Positions 10,816 to 24,000 of a stretch of 64,000 nt of DNA are shown one piece after another (position 1 is the stretch's first letter; every line of letters begins with the position of its first letter). The stretch covers positions 243,660,001 to 243,724,000 of the forward strand of contig OZ024741.1 of assembly GCA_964016885.1 (NCBI GenBank), read 5' to 3'. The position numbers and the translations under genes are program-made. The stretch comes from Eledone cirrhosa (lineage: Eukaryota). Below the pieces are notes generated by a model, which saw only the letters and a program-made list of their open reading frames with translations, was not told where the DNA came from and ran no database searches.

Positions 10816-13755
10816 TCACACCACACTCAGCAAATGTGTGTCTGCACATGTACCAGTAATTACAGATCAATCCGCCCACGGGCGGCCGGCCCACGATCGA
10901 AAATGTAACTCCGCCGGCAAATTCGCATTTTTGTGATTCATTTCTTCGAAGCACACCATTCGCTGGTGGACTTCAGCTTCCTCATTTAGCATGGACAGCT
11001 TTTCTTGAAAATCACACCACACACAGCCAATGAGTGTCTGCACATGTACCAGTAATTACAGATCGATCCGACCACGGGCGGCCTGCCTACGATCGAAAAG
11101 GTAACTCCGCCGGCAAATTCGCATTTTTGTGATTCGTTTCTTCGAAGCACACCATTCGCCGCCGGACTTCAGCTTCCTCATTTAGCATGGGCAGCTTTTC
11201 TTGAAAATCACACCACTCACAGCAAATGTGTGTCTGCACATGTACCAGTAATTACAGATCGATCCGACAACGGGCGGCCGGCCCACGATCGAAAAGGTAA
11301 CTCCGCCGGCAAATTCGCATTTTTGTGATTCGTTTCTTCGAAGCACACCATTCGCCGCCGGACTTCAGCTTCCTCATTTAGCATGGGCAGCTTTTCTTGA
11401 AAATCACACCACACACAGCAAATGTGTGTCTGCACAGGTACCAGTAATTACAGATCGATCCGGCCACGAACGGCTGGCCCACGATCGAAAAGGTAACTCC
11501 GCCGGCAAATCCTAATTTTTGTGATTCGTTTCTTCGAAGCACACCATTCGCCGCCGGACTTCAGCTGCCTCATTTAGCATGGGCAGCTTTTCTTGAAAAT
11601 CACACCACTCACAGCCAATGAGTCTCTGCACAGGTACCACTAATTACAGATCGATACGACCAGGGGCGGCCTGCCCACGATCGAAAAGGTAACTCCGCCG
11701 GCAAATCCGCATTTTTGTGATTCGTTTCTTCGAAGCACACCATTCGCCACCGGACTTCAGCTTCCTCATTTAGCAGGGGCAGCTTTTCTTAAAAATCACA
11801 CCACACTCAGCAAATGTGTGTCTGCACATGTACCAGTAATTACAGATCGATCCGACCACGGGCGGCCTGCCCACGATCGAAAAGGTAACTCCGCTGGCAA
11901 ATTCGCATTTTTGTGATTCGTTTCTTCGAAGCACACCATTCGCTGGTGGACTTCAGCTTCCTCATTTAACATGGGCAGCTTTTCTTGAAAATCACACCAC
12001 ACTCAGCAAATGTGTGTCTGCACATGTACCAGTAATTACAGATCGATCCGCCCACGGGCGGCCGGCCCACGATCGAAAATGTAACTCCGCCGGCAAATTC
12101 GCATTTTTGTGATTCGTTTCTTCGAAGCACACCATTCGCTGGTGGACTTCAGCTTCCTCATTTAGCATGGGCAGCTTTTCTTGAAAATCACACCACTCAC
12201 AGACTATGAGTCTCTGCACATGTACCACTAATTACACATCGATACGACCACGGGCGGCCTGCCCACGATCGAAAAGGTAACTCCGCCGGCAAATCCGCAT
12301 TTTTGTGATTCGTTTCTTCGAAGCACACCATTCGCCGCCGGACTTCAGCTTCCTCATTTAGCATGGGCAGCTTTTCTTAAAAATCACACCACACTCAGCA
12401 AATATGTGTCTGCACATGTACCAGTAATTACAGATCGATCCGACCACGGGCGGCCTGCCCACGATCGAAAAGGTAACTCCGCCGGCAAATCCGCATTTTT
12501 GTGATTCGTTTCTTCGAAGCACACCATTCGCTGGTGGACTTCAGCTTCCTCATTTAACATGGGCAGCTTTTCTTGAAAATCACACCACACTCAGCAAATG
12601 TGTGTCTGCACATGTACCAGTAATTACAGATCGATCCGCCCACGGGCGGCCGGCCCACGATCGAAAATGTAACTCCGCCGGCAAATTCGCATTTTTGTGA
12701 TTCATTTCTTCGAAGCACACCATTCGCTGGTGGACTTCAGCTTCCTCATTTAGCATGGGCAGCTTTTCTTGAAAATCACACCACACACAGCGAATGTGTG
12801 TCTACACAGGTACCAGTAATTACAGATCGATCCGACCACGGACGGCTGGCCCAGGATCGAAAAGGTAACTCCGGCGGCAAATTCGCATTTTTGTGATTCG
12901 TTTCTTCGAAGCACACCATTCGCTGGTGGACTTCAGCTTCCTCATTTAGCATGGGCAGCTTTTCTTGAAAATCACACCACACACAGCCAATGAGTGTCTG
13001 CACATGTACCAGTAATTACAGATCGATCCGACCACGGGCGGCCGGCCCACGATCGAAAAGGTAACTCCGCCGGCAAATTCGCATTTTTGTGATTCGTTTC
13101 TTCGAAGCACACCATTCGCCGCCGGACTTCAGCTTCCTCATTTAGCATGGGCAGCTTTTCTTGAAAATCACACCACACACAGCAAATGTGTGTCTGCACA
13201 TGTACCAGTACGTACAGATCGATCCGACCACGGGCGGCCGGCCCACATTCGAAAAGGTTACTCCGCCTGCAAATCGTCATTTTCGGATTCGTTTTCTTCG
13301 AAGCACACCATTCGCCGGCGGACTTCAGCTGCCTCATTTAGCATGGGCAGCTTTTCTTGAAAATCACACCACACACAGCAAATGTGTCTCTGCACATGTA
13401 CCACTAATTACAGATCGATACGACCACGGGCGGCCTGCCCACCATCGAAAAGGTAACTCCGCCGGCAAATCCGCATTTTTGTGATTCGTTTCTTCGAAGC
13501 ACACCATTCGCCGCCGGACTTCAGCTTCCTCATTTAGCATGGGCAGCTTTTCTTGAAAATCACACCACACACAGCAAATGTGTGTCTGCACAGGTACCAG
13601 TAATTACAGATCGATCCGACCACGAACGGCTGGCCCACGATCGAAAAGGTAACTCCGCCGGCAAATCCTTATTTTTGTGATTCGTTTCTTCGAAGCACAC
13701 CATTCGCCGCCGGACTTCAGCTTCCTCATTTAACATGGGCAGCTTTTCTTGAAAA
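10816..13755. repeat. Truncated HOR-A variant, 15-mer (m0-m13 + m14/m22 hybrid)
   Basis: The monomer at 13560 starts as m14 (GAACGG, CCTTA) but ends as m22 (CTTCCTCATTTAAC); m0 restarts at 13756. Confidence 0.9.
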
Positions 13756-16700
13756 TCACACCACACTCAGCAAATGTGTGTCTGCACATGTACCAGTAAT
13801 TACAGATCAATCCGCCCACGGGCGGCCGGCCCACGATCGAAAATGTAACTCCGCCGGCAAATTCGCATTTTTGTGATTCATTTCTTCGAAGCACACCATT
13901 CGCTGGTGGACTTCAGCTTCCTCATTTAGCATGGACAGCTTTTCTTGAAAATCACACCACACACAGCCAATGAGTGTCTGCACATGTACCAGTAATTACA
14001 GATCGATCCGACCACGGGCGGCCTGCCTACGATCGAAAAGGTAACTCCGCCGGCAAATTCGCATTTTTGTGATTCGTTTCTTCGAAGCACACCATTCGCC
14101 GCCGGACTTCAGCTTCCTCATTTAGCATGGGCAGCTTTTCTTGAAAATCACACCACTCACAGCAAATGTGTGTCTGCACATGTACCAGTAATTACAGATC
14201 GATCCGACAACGGGCGGCCGGCCCACGATCGAAAAGGTAACTCCGCCGGCAAATTCGCATTTTTGTGATTCGTTTCTTCGAAGCACACCATTCGCCGCCG
14301 GACTTCAGCTTCCTCATTTAGCATGGGCAGCTTTTCTTGAAAATCACACCACACACAGCAAATGTGTGTCTGCACAGGTACCAGTAATTACAGATCGATC
14401 CGGCCAAGAACGGCTGGCCCACGATCGAAAAGGTAACTCCGCCGGCAAATCCTAATTTTTGTGATTCGTTTCTTCGAAGCACACCATTCGCCGCCGGACT
14501 TCAGCTGCCTCATTTAGCATGGGCAGCTTTTCTTGAAAATCACACCACTCACAGCCAATGAGTCTCTGCACAGGTACCACTAATTACAGATCGATACGAC
14601 CAGGGGCGGCCTGCCCACGATCGAAAAGGTAACTCCGCCGGCAAATCCGCATTTTTGTGATTCGTTTCTTCGAAGCACACCATTCGCCACCGGACTTCAG
14701 CTTCCTCATTTAGCAGGGGCAGCTTTTCTTAAAAATCACACCACACTCAGCAAATGTGTGTCTGCACATGTACCAGTAATTACAGATCGATCCGACCACG
14801 GGCGGCCTGCCCACGATCGAAAAGGTAACTCCGCTGGCAAATTCGCATTTTTGTGATTCGTTTCTTCGAAGCACACCATTCGCTGGTGGACTTCAGCTTC
14901 CTCATTTAACATGGGCAGCTTTTCTTGAAAATCACACCACACTCAGCAAATGTGTGTCTGCACATGTACCAGTAATTACAGATCGATCCGCCCACGGGCG
15001 GCCGGCCCACGATCGAAAATGTAACTCCGCCGGCAAATTCGCATTTTTGTGATTCGTTTCTTCGAAGCACACCATTCGCTGGTGGACTTCAGCTTCCTCA
15101 TTTAGCATGGGCAGCTTTTCTTGAAAATCACACCACTCACAGACTATGAGTCTCTGCACATGTACCACTAATTACACATCGATACGACCACGGGCGGCCT
15201 GCCCACGATCGAAAAGGTAACTCCGCCGGCAAATCCGCATTTTTGTGATTCGTTTCTTCGAAGCACACCATTCGCCGCCGGACTTCAGCTTCCTCATTTA
15301 GCATGGGCAGCTTTTCTTAAAAATCACACCACACTCAGCAAATATGTGTCTGCACATGTACCAGTAATTACAGATCGATCCGACCACGGGCGGCCTGCCC
15401 ACGATCGAAAAGGTAACTCCGCCGGCAAATCCGCATTTTTGTGATTCGTTTCTTCGAAGCACACCATTCGCTGGTGGACTTCAGCTTCCTCATTTAACAT
15501 GGGCAGCTTTTCTTGAAAATCACACCACACTCAGCAAATGTGTGTCTGCACATGTACCAGTAATTACAGATCGATCCGCCCACGGGCGGCCGGCCCACGA
15601 TCGAAAATGTAACTCCGCCGGCAAATTCGCATTTTTGTGATTCATTTCTTCGAAGCACACCATTCGCTGGTGGACTTCAGCTTCCTCATTTAGCATGGGC
15701 AGCTTTTCTTGAAAATCACACCACACACAGCGAATGTGTGTCTACACAGGTACCAGTAATTACAGATCGATCCGACCACGGACGGCTGGCCCAGGATCGA
15801 AAAGGTAACTCCGGCGGCAAATTCGCATTTTTGTGATTCGTTTCTTCGAAGCACACCATTCGCTGGTGGACTTCAGCTTCCTCATTTAGCATGGGCAGCT
15901 TTTCTTGAAAATCACACCACACACAGCCAATGAGTGTCTGCACATGTACCAGTAATTACAGATCGATCCGACCACGGGCGGCCGGCCCACGATCGAAAAG
16001 GTAACTCCGCCGGCAAATTCGCATTTTTGTGATTCGTTTCTTCGAAGCACACCATTCGCCGCCGGACTTCAGCTTCCTCATTTAGCATGGGCAGCTTTTC
16101 TTGAAAATCACACCACACACAGCAAATGTGTGTCTGCACATGTACCAGTACGTACAGATCGATCCGACCACGGGCGGCCGGCCCACATTCGAAAAGGTTA
16201 CTCCGCCTGCAAATCGTCATTTTCGGATTCGTTTTCTTCGAAGCACACCATTCGCCGGCGGACTTCAGCTGCCTCATTTAGCATGGGCAGCTTTTCTTGA
16301 AAATCACACCACACACAGCAAATGTGTCTCTGCACATGTACCACTAATTACAGATCGATACGACCACGGGCGGCCTGCCCACCATCGAAAAGGTAACTCC
16401 GCCGGCAAATCCGCATTTTTGTGATTCGTTTCTTCGAAGCACACCATTCGCCGCCGGACTTCAGCTTCCTCATTTAGCATGGGCAGCTTTTCTTGAAAAT
16501 CACACCACACACAGCAAATGTGTGTCTGCACAGGTACCAGTAATTACAGATCGATCCGACCACGAACGGCTGGCCCACGATCGAAAAGGTAACTCCGCCG
16601 GCAAATCCTAATTTTTGTGATTCGTTTCTTCGAAGCACACCATTCGCCGCCGGACTTCAGCTGCCTCATTTAGCATGGGCAGCTTTTCTTGAAAATCACA

Positions 16701-19700
16701 CCACTCACAGCCAATGAGTCTCTGCACAGGTACCACTAATTACAGATCGATACGACCAGGGGCGGCCTGCCCACGATCGAAAAGGTAACTCCGCCGGCAA
16801 ATCCGCATTTTTGTGATTCGTTTCTTCGAAGCACACCATTCGCCGCCGGACTTCAGCTTCCTCATTTAGCATGGGCAGCTTTTCTTAAAAATCACACCAC
16901 ACTCAGCAAATGTGTGTCTGCACATGTACCAGTAATTACAGATCGATCCGCCCACGGGCGGCCGGCCCACGATCGAAAATATAACTCCGCCGGCAAATTC
17001 GCATTTTTGTGATTCGTTTCTTCGAAGCACACCATTCGCTGGTGGACTTCAGCTTCCTCATTTAGCATGGGCAGCTTTTCTTGAAAATCACACCACACAC
17101 AGCAAATGTGTGTCTACACAGGTACCAGTAATTACAGATCGATCCGACCACGGACGGCTGGCCCAGGATCGAAAAGGTAACTCCGCCGGCAAATTCGCAT
17201 TTTTGTGATTCGTTTCTTCGAAGCACACCATTCGCCGCCGGACTTCAGCTTCCTCATTTAGCATGGGCAGCTTTTCTTGAAAATCACACCACTCACAGCA
17301 AATGTGTGTCTGCACATGTACCAGTAATTACAGATCGATCCGACAACGGGCGGCCGGCCCACGATCGAAAAGGTAACTCCGCCGCCAAAGTCGCATTTTT
17401 GTGATTCGTTTCTTCGAAGCACACCATTCGCTGGTGGACTTCAGCTTCCTCATTTAGCATGGGCAGCTTTTCTTGAAAATCACACCACACACAGCAAATG
17501 TGTGTCTGCACATTTACCAGTAATTACAGATCGATCCGACCACGGGCGGCCGGCCCACGATCGAAAAGGTAACTCCGCCGGCAAATTCGCATTTTTGTGA
17601 TTCGTTTCTTCGAAGCACACCATTCGCCGCCGGACTTCAGCTTCCTCATTTAGCATGGGCAGCTTTTCTTGAAAATCACACCACACACAGCAAATGTGTG
17701 TCTGCACAGGTACCAGTAATTACAGATCGATCCGACCACGAACGGCTGGCCCACGATCGAAAAGGTAACTCCGCCGGCAAATCCTAATTTTTGTGATTCG
17801 TTTCTTCGAAGCACACCATTCGCCGCCGGACTTCAGCTGCCTCATTTAGCATGGGCAGCTTTTCTTGAAAATCACACCACGCACAGCCAATGAGTCTCTG
17901 CACAGGTACCACTAATTACAGATCGATACGACCAGGGGCGGCCTGCCCACGATCGAAAAGGTAACTCCGCCGGCAAATTCGCATTTTTGTGATTCGTTTC
18001 TTCGAAGCACACCATTCGCTGGTGGACTTCAGCTTCCTCATTTAACATGGGCAGCTTTTCTTGAAAATCACACCACACTCAGCAAATGTGTGTCTGCACA
18101 TGTACCAGTAATTACAGATCGATCCGCCCACGGGCGGCCGGCCCACGATCGAAAATGTAACTCCGCCGGCAAATTCGCATTTTTGTGATTCGTTTCTTCG
18201 AAGCACACCATTCGCTGGTGGACTTCAGCTTCCTCATTTAGCATGGGCAGCTTTTCTTGAAAATCACACCACTCACAGACTATGAGTCTCTGCACATGTA
18301 CCACTAATTACAGATCGATAGGACCACGGGCGGCCTGCCCACGATCGAAAAGGTAACTCCGCCGGCAAATCCGCATTTTTGTGATTCGTTTCTTCGAAGC
18401 ACACCATTCGCCGCCGGACTTCAGCTTCCTCATTTAGCATGGGCAGCTTTTCTTAAAAATCACACCACACTCAGCAAATGTGTGTCTGCACATGTACCAG
18501 TAATTACAGATCGATCCGACAACGGGCGGCCGGCCCACGATCGAAAAGGTAACTCCGCCGGCAAAGTCGCATTTTTGTGATTCGTTTCTTCGAAGCACAC
18601 CATTCGCTGGTGGACTTCAGCTTCCTCATTTAGCATGGGCAGCTTTTCTTGAAAATCACACCACACACAGCCAATGAGTGTTTGCACATGTACCAGTAAT
18701 TACAGATCGATCCGACCACGGGCGGCCTGCCTACGATCGAAAAGGTAACTCCGCCGGCAAATTCGCATTTTTGTGATTCGTTTCTTCGAAGCACACCATT
18801 CGCCGCCGGACTTCAGCTTCCTCATTTAGCATGGGCAGCTTTTCTTGAAAATCACACCACACACAGCAAATGTGTGTCTGCACAGGTACCAGTAATTACA
18901 GATCGATCCGACAACGGCTGGCCGGCCCACGATCGAAAAGGTAACTCCGCCGGCAAAGTCGCATTTTTGTGATTCGTTTCTTCGAAGCACACCATTCGCT
19001 GGTGGACTTCAGCTTCCTCATTTAGCATGGGCAGCTTTTCTTGAAAATCACACCACTCACAGCAAATGTGTGTCTGCACATGTACTAGTAATTACAGATC
19101 GATCCGACCACGGGCCACCGGCCCACGATCGAAAAGGTAACTCCGGCGGCAAATTCGCATTTTTGTGATTCATTTCTTCGAAGCACACCATTCGCTGGTG
19201 GACTTCAGCTTCCTCATTTAGCATGGGCAGCTTTTCTTGAGAATCACACCACACACAGCAAATGTGTGTCTACACAGGTACCAGTAATTACAGATCGATC
19301 CGACCACGGACGGCTGGCCCAGGATCGAAAAGGTAACTCCGGCGGCAAATTCGCATTTTTGTGATTCGTTTCTTCGAAGCACACCATTCGCCGCCGGACT
19401 TCAGCTTCCTCATTTAGCATGGGCAGCTTTTCTTGAAAATCACACCACACACAGCAAATGTGTGTCTGCATAGGTACCAGTAATTACAGATCGATCCGAC
19501 AACGGGCGGCCGGCCCACGATCGAAAAGGTAACTCCGCCGGCAAAGTCGCATTTTTGTGATTCGTTTCTTCGAAGCACACCATTCGCTGGTGGACTTCAG
19601 CTTCCTCATTTAGCATGGGCAGCTTTTCTTAAAAATCACACCACACACAGCAAATGTGTCGCTGCACATGTACTAGTAATTACAGATCGATCCGACCACG

Positions 19701-21007
19701 GGCCACCGGCCCACGATCGAAAAGGTAACTCCGGCGGCAAATTCGCATTTTTGTGATTCATTTCTTCGAAGCACACCATTCGCTGGTGGACTTCAGCTTC
19801 CTCATTTAGCATGGGCAGCTTTTCTTGAAAATCACACCACACACAGCAAATGTGTGTCTACACAGGTACCAGTAATTACAGATCGATCCGACCACGGACG
19901 GCTGGCCCAGGATCGAAAAGGTAACTCCGGCGGCAAATTCGCATTTTTGTGATTCGTTTCTTCGAAGCACACCATTCGCCGCCGGACTTCAGCTTCCTCA
20001 TTTAGCATGGGCAGCTTTTCTTGAGAATCACACCACTCACAGCCAATGAGTCTCTGCACATGTACCACTAATTACAGATCGATCCGCCCACGGGCGGCCG
20101 GCCCACGATCGAAAATGTAACTCCGCCGGCAAATTCGCATTTTTGTGATTCGTTTCTTCGAAGCACACCATTCGCTGGTGGACTTCAGCTTCCTCATTTA
20201 GCATGGGCAGCTTTTCTTGAAAATCACACCACTCACAGACAATGAGTCTCTGCACATGTACCACTAATTACAGATCGATCCGCCCACGGGCGGCCGGCCC
20301 ACGATCGAAAATGTAACTCCGCCGGCAAATTCGCATTTTTGTGATTCGTTTCTTCGAAGCACACCATTCGCTGGTGGACTTCAGCTTCCTCATTTAGCAT
20401 GGGCAGCTTTTCTTGAAAATCACACCACACACAGCAAATGTGTGTCTACACAGGTACCAGTAATTACAGATCGATCCGACCACGGACGGCTGGCCCAGGA
20501 TCGAAAAGGTAACTCCGGCGGCAAATTCGCATTTTTGTGATTCGTTTCTTCGAAGCACACCATTCGCCGCCGGACTTCAGCTTCCTCATTTAGCATGGGC
20601 AGCTTTTCTTGAGAATCACACCACTCACAGCCAATGAGTCTCTGCACATGTACCACTAATTACAGATCGATCCGCCCACGGGCGGCCGGCCCAGGATCGA
20701 AAAGGTAACTCCGGCGGCAAATTCGCATTTTTGTGATTCGTTTCTTCGAAGCACACCATTCGCCGCCGGACTTCAGCTTCCTCATTTAGCATGGGCAGCT
20801 TTTCTTAAAAATCACACCACACTCAGCAAATGTGTGTCTGCACATGTACCAGTAATTACAGATCGATCCGACCACGGGCGGCCTGCCCACGATCGAAAAG
20901 GTAACTCCGCCGGCAAATTCGCATTTTTGCGATTCGTTTCTTCGAAGCACACCATTCGCTGGTGGACTTCAGCTTCCTCATTTAACATGGGCAGCTTTTC
21001 TTGAAAA
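13756..21007. repeat. Expanded HOR-A variant, 37 monomers, with an internal block of non-HOR-A monomers at about 17284-19831
   Basis: m0-m17 run to 17283. Monomers with GCCAAAGTC, CATTTACC, CACGCAC, ATAGGAC and TACTAG follow, then m19/m20/m22 types. m0 restarts at 21008. Confidence 0.85.
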
Positions 21008-24000
21008 TCACACCACACTCAGCAAATGTGTGTCTGCACATGTACCAGTAATTACAGATCAATCCGCCCACGGGCGGCCGGCCCACGATCGAAAATGTAA
21101 CTCCGCCGGCAAATTCGCATTTTTGTGATTCATTTCTTCGAAGCACACCATTCGCTGGTGGACTTCAGCTTCCTCATTTAGCATGGACAGCTTTTCTTGA
21201 AAATCACACCACACACAGCCAATGAGTGTCTGCACATGTACCAGTAATTACAGATCGATCCGACCACGGGCGGCCTGCCTACTATCGAAAAGGTAACTCC
21301 GCCGGCAAATTCGCATTTTTGTGATTCGTTTCTTCGAAGCACACCATTCGCCGCCGGACTTCAGCTTCCTCATTTAGCATGGGCAGCTTTTCTTGAAAAT
21401 CACACCACTCACAGCAAATGTGTGTCTGCACATGTACCAGTAATTACAGATCGATCCGACAACGGGCGGCCGGCCCACGATCGAAAAGGTAACTCCGCCG
21501 GCAAATTCGCATTTTTGTGATTCGTTTCTTCGAAGCACACCATTCGCCGCCGGACTTCAGCTTCCTCATTTAGCATGGGCAGCTTTTCTTGAAAATCACA
21601 CCACACACAGCAAATGTGTGTCTGCACAGGTACCAGTAATTACAGATCGATCCGGCCACGAACGGCTGGCCCACGATCGAAAAGGTAACTCCGCCGGCAA
21701 ATCCTAATTTTTGTGATTCGTTTCTTCGAAGCACACCATTCGCCGCCGGACTTCAGCTGCCTCATTTAGCATGGGCAGCTTTTCTTGAAAATCACACCAC
21801 TCACAGCCAATGAGTCTCTGCACAGGTACCACTAATTACAGATCGATACGACCAGGGGCGGCCTGCCCACGATCGAAAAGGTAACTCCGCCGGCAAATCC
21901 GCATTTTTGTGATTCGTTTCTTCGAAGCACACCATTCGCCACCGGACTTCAGCTTCCTCATTTAGCAGGGGCAGCTTTTCTTAAAAATCACACCACACTC
22001 AGCAAATGTGTGTCTGCACATGTACCAGTAATTACAGATCGATCCGACCACGGGCGGCCTGCCCACGATCGAAAAGGTAACTCCGCTGGCAAATTCGCAT
22101 TTTTGTGATTCGTTTCTTCGAAGCACACCATTCGCTGGTGGACTTCAGCTTCCTCATTTAACATGGGCAGCTTTTCTTGAAAATCACACCACACTCAGCA
22201 AATGTGTGTCTGCACATGTACCAGTAATTACAGATCGATCCGCCCACGGGCGGCCGGCCCACGATCGAAAATGTAACTCCGCCGGCAAATTCGCATTTTT
22301 GTGATTCGTTTCTTCGAAGCACACCATTCGCTGGTGGACTTCAGCTTCCTCATTTAGCATGGGCAGCTTTTCTTGAAAATCACACCACTCACAGACTATG
22401 AGTCTCTGCACATGTACCACTAATTACACATCGATACGACCACGGGCGGCCTGCCCACGATCGAAAAGGTAACTCCGCCGGCAAATCCGCATTTTTGTGA
22501 TTCGTTTCTTCGAAGCACACCATTCGCCGCCGGACTTCAGCTTCCTCATTTAGCATGGGCAGCTTTTCTTAAAAATCACACCACACTCAGCAAATATGTG
22601 TCTGCACATGTACCAGTAATTACAGATCGATCCGACCACGGGCGGCCTGCCCACGATCGAAAAGGTAACTCCGCCGGCAAATCCGCATTTTTGTGATTCG
22701 TTTCTTCGAAGCACACCATTCGCTGGTGGACTTCAGCTTCCTCATTTAACATGGGCAGCTTTTCTTGAAAATCACACCACACTCAGCAAATGTGTGTCTG
22801 CACATGTACCAGTAATTACAGATCGATCCGCCCACGGGCGGCCGGCCCACGATCGAAAATGTAACTCCGCCGGCAAATTCGCATTTTTGTGATTCATTTC
22901 TTCGAAGCACACCATTCGCTGGTGGACTTCAGCTTCCTCATTTAGCATGGGCAGCTTTTCTTGAAAATCACACCACACACAGCGAATGTGTGTCTACACA
23001 GGTACCAGTAATTACAGATCGATCCGACCACGGACGGCTGGCCCAGGATCGAAAAGGTAACTCCGGCGGCAAATTCGCATTTTTGTGATTCGTTTCTTCG
23101 AAGCACACCATTCGCTGGTGGACTTCAGCTTCCTCATTTAGCATGGGCAGCTTTTCTTGAAAATCACACCACACACAGCCAATGAGTGTCTGCACATGTA
23201 CCAGTAATTACAGATCGATCCGACCACGGGCGGCCGGCCCACGATCGAAAAGGTAACTCCGCCGGCAAATTCGCATTTTTGTGATTCGTTTCTTCGAAGC
23301 ACACCATTCGCCGCCGGACTTCAGCTTCCTCATTTAGCATGGGCAGCTTTTCTTGAAAATCACACCACACACAGCAAATGTGTGTCTGCACATGTACCAG
23401 TACGTACAGATCGATCCGACCACGGGCGGCCGGCCCACATTCGAAAAGGTTACTCCGCCTGCAAATCGTCATTTTCGGATTCGTTTTCTTCGAAGCACAC
23501 CATTCGCCGGCGGACTTCAGCTGCCTCATTTAGCATGGGCAGCTTTTCTTGAAAATCACACCACACACAGCAAATGTGTCTCTGCACATGTACCACTAAT
23601 TACAGATCGATACGACCACGGGCGGCCTGCCCACCATCGAAAAGGTAACTCCGCCGGCAAATCCGCATTTTTGTGATTCGTTTCTTCGAAGCACACCATT
23701 CGCCGCCGGACTTCAGCTTCCTCATTTAGCATGGGCAGCTTTTCTTGAAAATCACACCACACACAGCAAATGTGTGTCTGCACAGGTACCAGTAATTACA
23801 GATCGATCCGACCACGAACGGCTGGCCCACGATCGAAAAGGTAACTCCGCCGGCAAATCCTTATTTTTGTGATTCGTTTCTTCGAAGCACACCATTCGCC
23901 GCCGGACTTCAGCTGCCTCATTTAGCATGGGCAGCTTTTCTTGAAAATCACACCACTCACAGCCAATGAGTCTCTGCACAGGTACCACTAATTACAGATC

